A stretch of DNA of 64,000 bases from a virus (Duplodnaviria; Caudoviricetes): positions 128,001 through 192,000 of the IMG/VR virus record IMGVR_UViG_3300032312_001422; one strand, written 5' to 3'. Made by a program: the position numbers and the translations under genes. Shown here piece after piece: positions 7,513 through 17,769 of the stretch. The notes beneath the pieces were generated by a model that searched no databases, was not told the origin of the DNA, and worked only from the letters and a program-made list of their open reading frames with translations. Position 1 is the first letter of the stretch. The number at the start of each line of letters is the position of its first letter.

Positions 7513-10173
7513 ATGAGTTATATAGATGCATTGTTTGATCGCGACAAAGATCGCATACACGTGGTAGAACGTGTGAATGGAGAACGTGTTTACACAGAGT
7601 ATCCGGCCAACTATGTATTCTACTACGACGATCCCAGAGGTAAATTTCGCACAATCTTTGACACACCTGTCACACGCTTTGCCACACGCAACGGCAAAGA
7701 GTTCCACAAAGAACAACGAGTCAATGGCAACAAACGCTTGTGGGAAAGTGATATCAATCCCATCTTCCGTTGCCTTGAAGAAAACTACCTAGGCGTAGAC
7801 TCGCCCAAACTACAAACAGCCTTTTTTGATATTGAAGTGGACTTTGATCCACTGAGAGGCTATTCAAAACCCGAAGATCCCTTTAATGCTATCACTGCTA
7901 TTTCAGTCTACATGGACTGGATGGACAAGATGGTCACGCTGGTGGTTCCACCCAAGAGTTATTCGTGGGAAACCGCACAGGAGATTTGCAACCAATACGA
8001 CAACTGCTTCTTGTTTGAACGAGAAGAGGACATGCTGAACACATTCCTTGACTTGATTGAAGATGCAGATATCCTGTCAGGTTGGAACAGTGAAGGCTTT
8101 GATATTCCCTACACTACCATGCGTATCACCAGAGTGCTGAGCAAGGATGACACACGTAGGTTATGCCTGTGGGGACAACTGCCCAAGCAACGTGTGTTTG
8201 AACGATTTGGTGCAGAGAACTTGACATTTGACCTGTTGGGTCGTGTTCACCTAGACTACATGCAACTGTATCGCAAGTACACTTATGAAGAACGTCACAG
8301 TTACAGTTTAGATGCCATTGCCGAATACGAACTGGGTGAACGCAAAACACAGTACGAAGGTACCCTGGATCAACTGTACAACAAAGACTTTCCCAAGTTT
8401 ATTGACTATAATCGTCAAGACACAATGATTCTTGCCAAGATGGATAAAAAGTTACGCTTTTTAGATCTTGCCAATGAACTGGCACACGATAATACTGTAT
8501 TGCTACAAACCACCATGGGTGCTGTGGCAGTTACAGAACAGGCCATTATCAATGAAGCTCACAGTCGTGGGCTAGTAGTACCTAACAGGAGAAGTAGAGA
8601 TGATCAAGGAGACACGCAAGCGGCAGGTGCCTACGTTGCTTACCCCAAAAAAGGCATGCACGAATACATCGGGGCAATCGACCTCAACAGTCTCTACCCG
8701 TCAGCGATCCGTGCTCTTAACATGGGGCCAGAAACAGTTGTTGGTCAGTTAAGAACTGTAATGACCGACCACTACATCCAAGAAAAGATGACCAGTGGAA
8801 GCAGTTTTGCTGATGCATGGGAAAACATGTTTGGTACCTTGGAGTATCAAGCGGTAATGAACATGGAGCCGGGCACAGAGATTACTGTAGACTGGGAAAG
8901 TGGTGGTTCGGATGTGATGAGTGCCGCAGATGTATGGCGCTTGATATTTGACAGTCGTCAGCCATGGACACTCAGTGCCAACGGCACAATATTTAAATAT
9001 AACGTCAAGGGCATTATCCCTGGCTTATTGGAGAGATGGTATGCTGAACGTAAGGAAATGCAAGCTAAAAAGAAAACCGCAACATCTGAGGAAGATGAAG
9101 CGTTCTGGGACAAAAGACAGCTGGTCAAAAAGATCAACCTTAACTCACTTTACGGTGCGATCCTCAACCCGGGTTGCCGTTTCTTTGACCAACGCATTGG
9201 CCAGAGTACGACGCTTACGGGCCGTATTATTGCCAAGCACATGGACGCACACGTTAACGAAGCTATTACCGGCCAGTATGACCACGTGGGGGCGAGCATC
9301 ATCTACGGCGACACGGACTCGGTCTATTTCTCAGCCTGGCCGCAAATCAAAGAGGAAGTAGCCGCGGGTCGCATGGAGTGGAACAGAGAAATCTGTGTAC
9401 AGTTATATGATACCATTGCCGAAAGTGTAAATGCCAGTTTCCCTGCGTTTATGGAACGTGCTTGTCATTGTCCAAGAGAGATGGGTAGTATTATTGCAGC
9501 CGGTCGTGAACTTATTGCATCAAAAGGCCTGTTTATCAAGAAGAAACGCTATGGTGTATTAATATTCGACATGGAAGGTGTGCGACTAGACACACACGGC
9601 AAGCCAGGCAAGATGAAGGCTATGGGCTTGGACTTGAAGCGGTCAGATACACCCAAGGTGGTACAGGACTTCTTGAGCGAATTGTTGATGGATGTGCTGA
9701 CAGGCGCCGGTCGAGAAGCAGTGATTGAAAAAGTCAAAGAATTTAAATTAATTTTTGCTACTAGGCCAGCCTGGGAAAAAGGTACTCCCAAACGTGTCAA
9801 CAACTTGACCAAGTATGCAGCCGAAGAAGCACGTCTAGGCAAAGCCAACATGCCCGGTCACGTTAGAGCTGCAATGAACTGGAACAACCTAAAGCGTATG
9901 CATGGCGACAACTACTCTACAACCATTGTAGATGGCATGAAAACCATTGTGTGTAAACTCAAAGACAATCCAGTAGGATATACTTCAGTTGGTTATCCCA
10001 CTGATGAAACTCATATTCCGCAATGGTTCAAAGACTTGCCGTTCGACGACAGCACAATGGAATCAACTATTGTAGATCAAAAAGTAGAAAACTTGTTGGG
10101 TGTACTAGAGTGGCGCATTGCCGAAAGCACAGATATTAAAACAACATTTGATGATTTGTTTAGTTTTGAATAA
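7513..10173 (+). CDS. polB: family B DNA polymerase with 3'-5' exonuclease domain
   Basis: FFDIE, GWNSEGFD, YNRQD (exonuclease); DLNSLYPS, KINLNSLYG, YGDTDS (polymerase); start chosen by SD. Confidence 0.97.
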   Translation: MSYIDALFDRDKDRIHVVERVNGERVYTEYPANYVFYYDDPRGKFRTIFDTPVTRFATRNGKEFHKEQRVNGNKRLWESDINPIFRCLEENYLGVDSPKLQTAFFDIEVDFDPLRGYSKPEDPFNAITAISVYMDWMDKMVTLVVPPKSYSWETAQEICNQYDNCFLFEREEDMLNTFLDLIEDADILSGWNSEGFDIPYTTMRITRVLSKDDTRRLCLWGQLPKQRVFERFGAENLTFDLLGRVHLDYMQLYRKYTYEERHSYSLDAIAEYELGERKTQYEGTLDQLYNKDFPKFIDYNRQDTMILAKMDKKLRFLDLANELAHDNTVLLQTTMGAVAVTEQAIINEAHSRGLVVPNRRSRDDQGDTQAAGAYVAYPKKGMHEYIGAIDLNSLYPSAIRALNMGPETVVGQLRTVMTDHYIQEKMTSGSSFADAWENMFGTLEYQAVMNMEPGTEITVDWESGGSDVMSAADVWRLIFDSRQPWTLSANGTIFKYNVKGIIPGLLERWYAERKEMQAKKKTATSEEDEAFWDKRQLVKKINLNSLYGAILNPGCRFFDQRIGQSTTLTGRIIAKHMDAHVNEAITGQYDHVGASIIYGDTDSVYFSAWPQIKEEVAAGRMEWNREICVQLYDTIAESVNASFPAFMERACHCPREMGSIIAAGRELIASKGLFIKKKRYGVLIFDMEGVRLDTHGKPGKMKAMGLDLKRSDTPKVVQDFLSELLMDVLTGAGREAVIEKVKEFKLIFATRPAWEKGTPKRVNNLTKYAAEEARLGKANMPGHVRAAMNWNNLKRMHGDNYSTTIVDGMKTIVCKLKDNPVGYTSVGYPTDETHIPQWFKDLPFDDSTMESTIVDQKVENLLGVLEWRIAESTDIKTTFDDLFSFE

Positions 10174-11123
10174 TGAAAAAATTAACTGAACTTGTTCGAA
10201 TTCGAGAACTGTTAAAAACAGAGTACACACCTCAGGATATCACGTTGGGTATCAACAGTTTGGAAAATCGCATCAGTGCCATTGCTAACGAAACGCCCTT
10301 GACAGATGTGCAGTTTGAAATTAATCAATTGACCGGAGATTTTGCTAGATTACATTCGGATTTACAATTTAGTCAATCGCGATTTGATCTTATCATTGAT
10401 AAAATAAATCAACAGATACAGGCAGAGGCAGCTCATTTGTTTACCAACAACTACGAATTAGAATTACGTGTAGAAGAAGAAGCAGTAAGCAATATACGAA
10501 AAGTTCGTGTGCTGGAGTTATCCGATTCTTTACAAACAGAAATCCATAATCGCATACAATTAAATACCAATTGGAAATATCCAGCACTGGAAATTGGGTG
10601 TCGAGATGGTGAATGGACCAAACACATTGTGGCCGCTGATCCTTTGTACGTTACTGATCACTACAGAGATTTTTTACAATCCACTGCTGGCCAGTTTCCA
10701 GATGAGTATCAACGCAGACTAAGACCATATCTTGTCAAAGATACCAATTTTGATGTGTTACCTCAGGGACAATTTGGATTTGTATTTTGTTGGAATTTTC
10801 TAAACTATCGCAGTCTTGATACCATAAAAGAATATCTTAAATCAGTCAAGGAACTGTTACGACCCGGCGGTGTGTTTATGTTCAGCTACAACAATGGTGA
10901 CATAACCGAATCAGCCGGTTATGCAGAAGGCTTTTGGATGACTTACATGCCAAAAAGCATGTTGATACCCATGTGCGAAAGTTTAGGTTTTGAAGTGCAC
11001 CATGACAGAGACGTTCGTGGCCAAGGCACTACAGTCAGCTGGCTTGAACTCAAACGACCTGGCACATTAGAAACGGTCAAAGCACATCAGGTATTAGGCG
11101 AAATAAAAAGACGAGACCATTGA
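10173..11123 (+). CDS. class I SAM-dependent methyltransferase with N-terminal coiled coil
   Basis: LEIGCRDG motif I; FGFVFCWNFLNY; LLRPGGVFMF. Confidence 0.78.
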   Translation: MKKLTELVRIRELLKTEYTPQDITLGINSLENRISAIANETPLTDVQFEINQLTGDFARLHSDLQFSQSRFDLIIDKINQQIQAEAAHLFTNNYELELRVEEEAVSNIRKVRVLELSDSLQTEIHNRIQLNTNWKYPALEIGCRDGEWTKHIVAADPLYVTDHYRDFLQSTAGQFPDEYQRRLRPYLVKDTNFDVLPQGQFGFVFCWNFLNYRSLDTIKEYLKSVKELLRPGGVFMFSYNNGDITESAGYAEGFWMTYMPKSMLIPMCESLGFEVHHDRDVRGQGTTVSWLELKRPGTLETVKAHQVLGEIKRRDH

Positions 11124-11148
11124 CTTTTTCTAAATACTACTATACAAT
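11120..11148 (+). promoter_or_regulatory. sigma70-type promoter with nested CTAAATA
   Basis: TTGACT-17-TACAAT; GGAG before ATG 11173. Confidence 0.7.
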
Positions 11149-11172
11149 TACTACACTTACGGAGAATAAAAA

Positions 11173-11907
11173 ATGTTTGATCACTTAAAAGATATTGTAC
11201 AACACACTTATGGCTTGGGCGTTATTAGCATGATTAAGGTCACAGGCGATGCTAACGGCACAGCCATTAATGCTTTTGACCAAGCTACCAAAACAGTGGT
11301 GCTGAATGCAGAATTCAAAGCACCCGTTGCCGAATTCCAAGGCGTGTTTGGTATGCCAAACTTGGATAGACTTAATACTATCCTTAACATTCCTGAATAC
11401 AAGGAAGGCGCAAAAATCACAGTAGCAAGTCAGAAAGATGCAGAAGGCACAGATGTTCCTTCCAGCATCAATTTTGAAAACAAGGGTGGCGACTTTAAAA
11501 ACTCATATCGCTTTATGAGCACAGCAGTCATTAACGATCAATTGAAGAACGTTAAGATGAAACCAGTCAAGTGGGGTGTGGAAATAGCACCCACAGCACT
11601 GAGCATCCAGAAACTAAAGTTTCAAGCAATGGCACACTCAGATGCTACAACATTTTCAAGCAAAACAGAAAATGGCGAACTAAAGTTTTTCTTTGGTGAA
11701 GCCAGCAGTCACGCAGGGTCATTTACGTTTGCTACAACCTCAGGTTCATTGAGCAAACAGTTGAACTGGCCAGTGGCTGTAGTTAACAGTATTTTGAGCT
11801 TGCCCGGAGACAAGACATTCAAGATCTCAGATGATGGTGTTGCTGAAATTACTGTAGACTCTGGTCTAGCTGTTTATCACTACATGTTGCCAGCACAAAC
11901 CAAGTAA
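11173..11907 (+). CDS. probable sliding clamp (gp45-like processivity factor)
   Basis: 244 aa with beta-rich pattern, near the DNA polymerase; no diagnostic motif, so inferred from size and context. Confidence 0.55.
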   Translation: MFDHLKDIVQHTYGLGVISMIKVTGDANGTAINAFDQATKTVVLNAEFKAPVAEFQGVFGMPNLDRLNTILNIPEYKEGAKITVASQKDAEGTDVPSSINFENKGGDFKNSYRFMSTAVINDQLKNVKMKPVKWGVEIAPTALSIQKLKFQAMAHSDATTFSSKTENGELKFFFGEASSHAGSFTFATTSGSLSKQLNWPVAVVNSILSLPGDKTFKISDDGVAEITVDSGLAVYHYMLPAQTK

Positions 11908-12557
11908 TGAAAGAAGCAGTTAGACACGGATACTTAGCAGGCGGTGGATTGCGTAGCCCAGATAAAAAACACTTTTATTTGAACATTCCCAAAAACGCCA
12001 GCACGTACCTGTCTAACACACTACTGGCCAATGGATGGCATTATCATACCTTGGGTGATGACAGTGACAAAATTACTCATGCCATGGTTGTGTTAAAAGA
12101 TCCAGTAGATCGTTGGGTCAGCGGAGTTGGTACATATATTAGCAGTTGGATATTAGGGCCAGGTTACGGCAGTGATCACTTTGTTGAAAATTATAATAAT
12201 TTATCCGAACGGCTGTTGTTTGAAACCTTGATACTGGATGACCATACTACACCACAGATTGCATATATCAACCAACTTGAACAACTATTACCAGGCGTAC
12301 CTGTTACATATTTTAAATTAGATCAATTTGTTGTTGACAATATGAGTGTTTGTATATCACAGTTATTGGACGTGCCCGCAGTTGAGTCAAACATTTCTGA
12401 GGATCATTATGATCAGCAAGTCGTAGTTAATTTTATAAAAAAACGAATACTAGCCGACTTTACATTAAAGGCCAAGGTAGTTGCTAGATTTCAAGAGGAC
12501 TACGATTTTATTAACCAAACACAATTTTACTATGAGCCAAGACAACTTAACCGCTAA
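11907..12557 (+). CDS. sulfotransferase family protein
   Basis: 5'-PSB-like NIPKNASTY and 3'-PB-like KDPVDRWVSG. Confidence 0.72.
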   Translation: MKEAVRHGYLAGGGLRSPDKKHFYLNIPKNASTYLSNTLLANGWHYHTLGDDSDKITHAMVVLKDPVDRWVSGVGTYISSWILGPGYGSDHFVENYNNLSERLLFETLILDDHTTPQIAYINQLEQLLPGVPVTYFKLDQFVVDNMSVCISQLLDVPAVESNISEDHYDQQVVVNFIKKRILADFTLKAKVVARFQEDYDFINQTQFYYEPRQLNR

Positions 12558-14097
12558 ACAATCAGACTATGCTGTGTTCCTTCCGGCCATCTCGGGCTTC
12601 TATGCCACATTCATAGGTAAGCAACGTGATCCGGTAGCAGGTCCTTATGTAGACCCGGCTAGATTCCCACAGGGCATAACAGATATGGAACAACTCAACT
12701 GGTTGAATGACCAGAAGGGCATGTTCCCATACAAGTGGTCGCTTTACTCCGGTGGCCACGCAAACCTTGATCTCGCCAAGCAGGACTGGAGCGAGGACAT
12801 GGTTCGCAATCGCGACCCAAACACACTAGTACTAGGTGACTCTGGTGGATTCCAGATTGCCAAAGGACTATGGGAAGGCGATTGGAAGGCCAATTCAGGA
12901 TGTCCCAAAGCACAGAAAAAACGAGAACAGGTTTTGGCGTGGCTTGACGGCATTGCTGACTACGGTATGACCCTTGATATTCCAACCTGGGTTGCACTAG
13001 ATAAAGAAGCAGGTAAGAAATGTGGTATTAGTACGCACCAGGAAGCTGTTGATGCTACCAAATATAACAATGATTACTTTATGGACAATCGTAAAGGTAT
13101 CAAGAACGGTGGCGTTAAGATTTTAAATGTATTACAAGGCGCCAACCACATTGAGGCTGACGATTGGTACGAAACCATGAAACACTATTGTGATCCTGTG
13201 CAACATCCAGACACACACTTTAACGGATGGGCCATGGGTGGACAAAACATGTGTGACGTGGAATTGATTCTCAGACGTTTAGTTACTCTACGTTATGACA
13301 ACTTGTTACAAGAAGGTGTTCACGATTGGATGCATTTCTTGGGCACAAGCAAACTAGAGTGGGCAGTACTGTTAACTGTGATACAACGAAACGTTAGAAA
13401 GTATGTAAATCCTAGTTTCACTATCAGCTTTGATTGTGCTAGTCCATTCCTTGCTACAGCCAACGGACAGGTATACTTTGAAAATGTGTTTCCCGACAAC
13501 GGCAAGTGGTCATACAGGATGGCTCCTAGTGCAGATGACAAAAAGTACGCAACAGACACACGCAAGTGGAGTGACGGAGTGGTAGCGGATGGCAAGTATC
13601 CACGTTGGGAAGACAGTCCACTTAGTAACTTGTTTAAAATGAAAGACATTTGCTACTACAAACCAGGCGATGTAAACAAGAATGGCAAAGAAGGCAAAAC
13701 GTCATGGGATAGTTTTAGTTACGCATTGTTAATGGGTCATAATGTATGGATGCATTTGACAGCGGTACAAGAAGCCAATCGTAGATTTGATGCCGGTGCT
13801 CATCCTGCCATGATGCGTAGCTCAGGCCCGGGTGGTGAATATTTTGAAGACATCGTAGAAGCAATCTTTGCTGCCCCAGATAAAGCAACATCGATGGAGA
13901 TCATTGATATGTATAAAGGAGATACCGGGTATTGGTGTGAAATTGTTGGTACTAGAGGATTCAAAGGCAAGAAAGCTGTTAACGGTAGTGCCAATTTTAG
14001 TAAATTGTTTTATTTTGAAGATGATGTAGAAATTGTAGAAGAAACAACAGAACAAGAATTTGATCAAACTAAACTAGACGCACTGGAGGCAGAATGA
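12532..14097 (+). CDS. TGT-fold guanine transglycosylase, DpdA-like
   Basis: GDSGGFQI, MTLDIP, NVLQG, GWAMGG, MHFLG, SFDCASP match the TGT barrel; no CxCxxC zinc site. Confidence 0.85.
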   Translation: MSQDNLTAKQSDYAVFLPAISGFYATFIGKQRDPVAGPYVDPARFPQGITDMEQLNWLNDQKGMFPYKWSLYSGGHANLDLAKQDWSEDMVRNRDPNTLVLGDSGGFQIAKGLWEGDWKANSGCPKAQKKREQVLAWLDGIADYGMTLDIPTWVALDKEAGKKCGISTHQEAVDATKYNNDYFMDNRKGIKNGGVKILNVLQGANHIEADDWYETMKHYCDPVQHPDTHFNGWAMGGQNMCDVELILRRLVTLRYDNLLQEGVHDWMHFLGTSKLEWAVLLTVIQRNVRKYVNPSFTISFDCASPFLATANGQVYFENVFPDNGKWSYRMAPSADDKKYATDTRKWSDGVVADGKYPRWEDSPLSNLFKMKDICYYKPGDVNKNGKEGKTSWDSFSYALLMGHNVWMHLTAVQEANRRFDAGAHPAMMRSSGPGGEYFEDIVEAIFAAPDKATSMEIIDMYKGDTGYWCEIVGTRGFKGKKAVNGSANFSKLFYFEDDVEIVEETTEQEFDQTKLDALEAE

Positions 14098-14609
14098 ACA
14101 GAGCAGGACACGAACAAGTAAATTTCTTTGTTGGCCGGGAAGTAGAGCATAGCCCGGCATTTGGACATAAAACTTTATTTGTAGTTGGTATTCAGTCTAC
14201 TGATGTTATTCTAAACACGGCCAAGAATAACAACTGCTCACACGTTTATTTTGGCGCAAACCAAAGTTTTCCTAATCCCAAAACCAACGATGGCGACACA
14301 TGGCGTGAATGGGAAGGTATGATTACCGGATGTTTACAACGAGGGATATTGTGTACCTTGGATTTGGACGTATCCAGTGTAGAAGGACTAGTTGAAGGTT
14401 GTTTAATTGAGTACAACAACTTTATCCCGATGATTTCGGTGAAATTGCCCTCTTTACAACTATTAGGATATAATGCTACAATAAAGCTCGACGACAAAGA
14501 CTTTGCGGCATCCAACCCCGGAGTATGGTGTCATCAGTTACATGATTTAAAGGACCGTAAAGTATTTACGGATTGGTCGAAGTACACACAAGACGAAGTT
14601 ATAAAATGA
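14094..14609 (+). CDS. hypothetical protein coupled to the TGT-like gene
   Basis: ATGA overlaps at both ends. Confidence 0.8.
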   Translation: MNRAGHEQVNFFVGREVEHSPAFGHKTLFVVGIQSTDVILNTAKNNNCSHVYFGANQSFPNPKTNDGDTWREWEGMITGCLQRGILCTLDLDVSSVEGLVEGCLIEYNNFIPMISVKLPSLQLLGYNATIKLDDKDFAASNPGVWCHQLHDLKDRKVFTDWSKYTQDEVIK

Positions 14610-15070
14610 ACCAAGAACAAAGAGAAGTAGTTGAAAGAATTAAAACAGCCGCACATCGCCAGATCTGGGTCACCTTCCAAAAGGAAGGAATTCATTGCTA
14701 TCCGGCTGCAGGCACGGATCCGGCACTAGCAACAGGAGATGAATACGATGTATCGTTTCTTGCTAATCCTCATCGCCATATTTTCCATTTCAGGGTGTCA
14801 ATTGATGTCTTCCACAACGACAGAGATATTGAGTTCATCCAGTTCAAACGCTGGCTCGAGAATCTTTACAGTGGGACCGGTCCCTTTAATCAAGATCGAG
14901 TATTAGAATTAAACTATAAGAGTTGCGAAATGATCGCCGACGACTTGTATGTACAAATTGCTGCACGTTATCCAAATCGTGCTGTCTCAATTGAAGTGTC
15001 CGAGGACGGTGAAAACGGATGCTTAATCAATTATAACCTTACCCGTCCAAGTCAATCAATTGTAATCTAA
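14606..15070 (+). CDS. QueD-like T-fold protein (DpdL-type signature)
   Basis: LANPHRHIF = LxxxHRHxF; SCEMIA; VSEDGENG C-terminus typical of the PTPS fold. Confidence 0.75.
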   Translation: MNQEQREVVERIKTAAHRQIWVTFQKEGIHCYPAAGTDPALATGDEYDVSFLANPHRHIFHFRVSIDVFHNDRDIEFIQFKRWLENLYSGTGPFNQDRVLELNYKSCEMIADDLYVQIAARYPNRAVSIEVSEDGENGCLINYNLTRPSQSIVI

Positions 15071-15081
15071 GGAGTATTAAA

Positions 15082-15342
15082 ATGGCCCAAGAATGGCTAA
15101 AGAAGTATCTTCGTTTCAAACCCGAAGTAGTAACCATCTTTGAAGATTTAGAACGCTATGAGCGTTTTTGTCGAGACTACGGTTATCCGTTTGACGAAAA
15201 AAATCTTTACAACGAACGCACTCCTTATGGTGAGTATATGAAGATGGTGCGTGGTCGCGAGCCTTGGGATCAGTGGCGTACTCCCAAGCGTGATCGTAAC
15301 ACGTTTAAACCACGTGATACAAATTGGAAACCCAGGGACTGA
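15082..15342 (+). CDS. hypothetical protein
   Basis: AAGGAG SD; 86 aa. Confidence 0.75.
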   Translation: MAQEWLKKYLRFKPEVVTIFEDLERYERFCRDYGYPFDEKNLYNERTPYGEYMKMVRGREPWDQWRTPKRDRNTFKPRDTNWKPRD

Positions 15343-15356
15343 TGAGGCGTTATAAA

Positions 15357-16547
15357 ATGCGTAAATTATGGTACATGGGGTTGGAGCCCTACAAAGCAAG
15401 ATACACTTTGCAACTACAAGAGTGGAATCGTAGTGTATTTGAACGTCGCGGCATTGATTATGAAATTGTTGAAGGCGAAACACTTTCAAATGACCAAGCC
15501 ATTGTTACAGGACAAGTGCTAGACGCACATGGTCGTACATACTTTGGTATGAGTCAGTTGATGAATCTTGTACGCAAGATGAAACAAGGAGAAGTTACCA
15601 ATGAAGATGTTATCTACTTTGAAGACATGTTTCAACCCGGTATCGAGAGCTTGCCTTACATTATGGATCAAATCGATTCTGCTCATCGTCCTCGCATTGC
15701 CGTTCGTTGCCTTGCACAAAGTATTGACCCCGATGATTTTGTTCATGTGTGGGGTATGCAGAAGTGGATGGGACTTTATGAAAAAATGGTGGATAGTTTT
15801 GCGGATATTATTTTAGCCAGCAACGAAGAGATGGCCATGCACATGAAGGTGGCCGGATGGGAAGGCAACATCTATAATATTTCAGGATTGGCCTTTGGTA
15901 AAGCAGAAGTACGTGGCCGTGTGCCAGGAGAACTAAAGCCATTTCAGGATCGTCGGTATCGTGTGGGATTTGCTGCACGTTGGGATCAAGAAAAGCAACC
16001 AGACTTTTACATGGACTTTATCGAAGCCTGGCATGACAAGTACAAAGATAATTTTCCAATGAATACAGTAGAGTTCTGTATCTTTTCAGGTGCCAAACTA
16101 AAATCAAACAACGACAGCTACATGGCTCGTACAAGAGATTTACAGGCTCGTGGTTTACTAACAGTTTATGAGGACTTGGAAAAAAATGATTACTATGCTT
16201 TGCTTAATAATACTCGTGTATTGTTCAATTGTGCTCTTCAAGACTGGGTCAGCAACACAGTATCGGAGGCAGACACACTCGGCGCTAATGTGCTTTATCC
16301 TGCTTATCGCAGTTTCCCTGAAACTTTTGCTAACGATCATACACGCTTATACGTCCCTTGGTCAATAGACGATGCAATGACCAAGTTGTGGGGTGCGTTG
16401 CAATCACCAAGTCCTAACATGGGCAAGATCAGTGACTGGACAGATGGTTGTATTGATCGGGTTGTAGATATTTTAGAAGGTAAAGGAGAGCAGTGGCGTC
16501 GTATGAGCACTGATTATCGTAAACATACTCATGAAAGCAAATATTAA
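15357..16547 (+). CDS. GT-B fold glycosyltransferase
   Basis: VGFAARWDQEKQPD; QDWVSNTVSEA..LGANVLYP resembles the GT-B donor-binding motif. Confidence 0.8.
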   Translation: MRKLWYMGLEPYKARYTLQLQEWNRSVFERRGIDYEIVEGETLSNDQAIVTGQVLDAHGRTYFGMSQLMNLVRKMKQGEVTNEDVIYFEDMFQPGIESLPYIMDQIDSAHRPRIAVRCLAQSIDPDDFVHVWGMQKWMGLYEKMVDSFADIILASNEEMAMHMKVAGWEGNIYNISGLAFGKAEVRGRVPGELKPFQDRRYRVGFAARWDQEKQPDFYMDFIEAWHDKYKDNFPMNTVEFCIFSGAKLKSNNDSYMARTRDLQARGLLTVYEDLEKNDYYALLNNTRVLFNCALQDWVSNTVSEADTLGANVLYPAYRSFPETFANDHTRLYVPWSIDDAMTKLWGALQSPSPNMGKISDWTDGCIDRVVDILEGKGEQWRRMSTDYRKHTHESKY

Positions 16548-16548
16548 A

Positions 16549-17754
16549 ATGACAACCAAAGATATTACCGCAGAACAATTGGTAGCTGTACTCAAATTTA
16601 CACCACGCACATACAAGATCAGTATGTGGGGCTACGGTGGCGAAAAAGTCATGGGCACAGTTAGTCGTGAAGTTTACGATTATTGCGTAGAAAACTGTGT
16701 TGATCTACAGGACATTGCCTGGGGCGACGAAGATCGTGTAGAAGAAATGGGTCTTGACATTGACATGTTGCCATTTACTCCGGGTTCGTGGTATGAATGC
16801 GATGACATGGCACATACCAACGGTGTGAGCCGTAATGCGGGTACACTACAAATCGAAGATGAAAACGGCAATGTTGTTTATGAGCGTAGTCTAGAAGATT
16901 GTGACGGCGGAAGCGATGATAGTCCAGAATGGTCCTGCTTTGATGAAGCATGGATTGGTAGCAAGCCTGCTGGTACTGTGGTATTTGTTGGATGCAGCAA
17001 TGAAAAAGGCACGTTCTTCGAAGGCGAAATTGAATTGACTGAACCGTTTGATATTACCAAACTGACCTTGCAATACGACGAAGTTGATGGTGAAGAACTG
17101 GTCAACTGTGTGCAGTACGATGGTGAGGACATTGACAACTGGGGCGGCAGTACTGACGGCAAGAGTAGTGACTTTGGTATGTATGTTGTGATAGACAGCA
17201 ACACATGGGAAACCTATAGTCCAGAAGAAAAAGACTGGGGTCACCCTGAGTATGGCACTAGCCCAAGCGACTGGGAGAAGTCTGAAACGTTTAAATTTGC
17301 CAAACAGAAACCTACCATTCCAGGTTATTACAATGCAGTATGGAAGCACTACGGAACTACCACCGGGTCGTTGTACTGGGATGGTACGGAGTTTGGCGAG
17401 TGGGAATACGGTAAGTTTAAACCACAAGCAGGTGTTGAGTCTTGGTCGGGCTATAACTGGGACACTAGCTCATGGGTCAATCAACCGCCTGAACCACCCA
17501 ATGTCATTTGCGATAACAAAGAGTGTGGATGGATTGGCAAGAGTGATGAACGCATCACTGATGAAGAGTATAATGATCATTGTCCTAACTGTGAAGGCAC
17601 AGACTTCTCATGGATTGACTATGATCCTGATACCAAAGCGGGTCGTGCCAACCGAGAAAAATTCTGTAAAGAATGGGATCCTGCGGTTGCAATGGATCGT
17701 ATTGTAGCATCCGTGCCCGAGGACGTTGCAACAAAGGCCAAATGGCCATTTTAA
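16549..17754 (+). CDS. acidic hypothetical protein with C-terminal zinc ribbon
   Basis: D/E-rich; CDNKEC...CPNC. Confidence 0.75.
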   Translation: MTTKDITAEQLVAVLKFTPRTYKISMWGYGGEKVMGTVSREVYDYCVENCVDLQDIAWGDEDRVEEMGLDIDMLPFTPGSWYECDDMAHTNGVSRNAGTLQIEDENGNVVYERSLEDCDGGSDDSPEWSCFDEAWIGSKPAGTVVFVGCSNEKGTFFEGEIELTEPFDITKLTLQYDEVDGEELVNCVQYDGEDIDNWGGSTDGKSSDFGMYVVIDSNTWETYSPEEKDWGHPEYGTSPSDWEKSETFKFAKQKPTIPGYYNAVWKHYGTTTGSLYWDGTEFGEWEYGKFKPQAGVESWSGYNWDTSSWVNQPPEPPNVICDNKECGWIGKSDERITDEEYNDHCPNCEGTDFSWIDYDPDTKAGRANREKFCKEWDPAVAMDRIVASVPEDVATKAKWPF

Positions 17755-17769
17755 CATAAGGAGAATGTT

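Noticed and set aside
7513-10173. Intein or intron in polB (or in thyA)
   Set aside because: Motif spacing is continuous, with no intein C/S...HN boundaries or frame breaks.
12532-14097. Ordinary host-type tRNA-guanine transglycosylase (tgt)
   Set aside because: It lacks the C-terminal CxCxxC...H zinc site, is longer and divergent, and lies in a replication operon, so no gene symbol was assigned.
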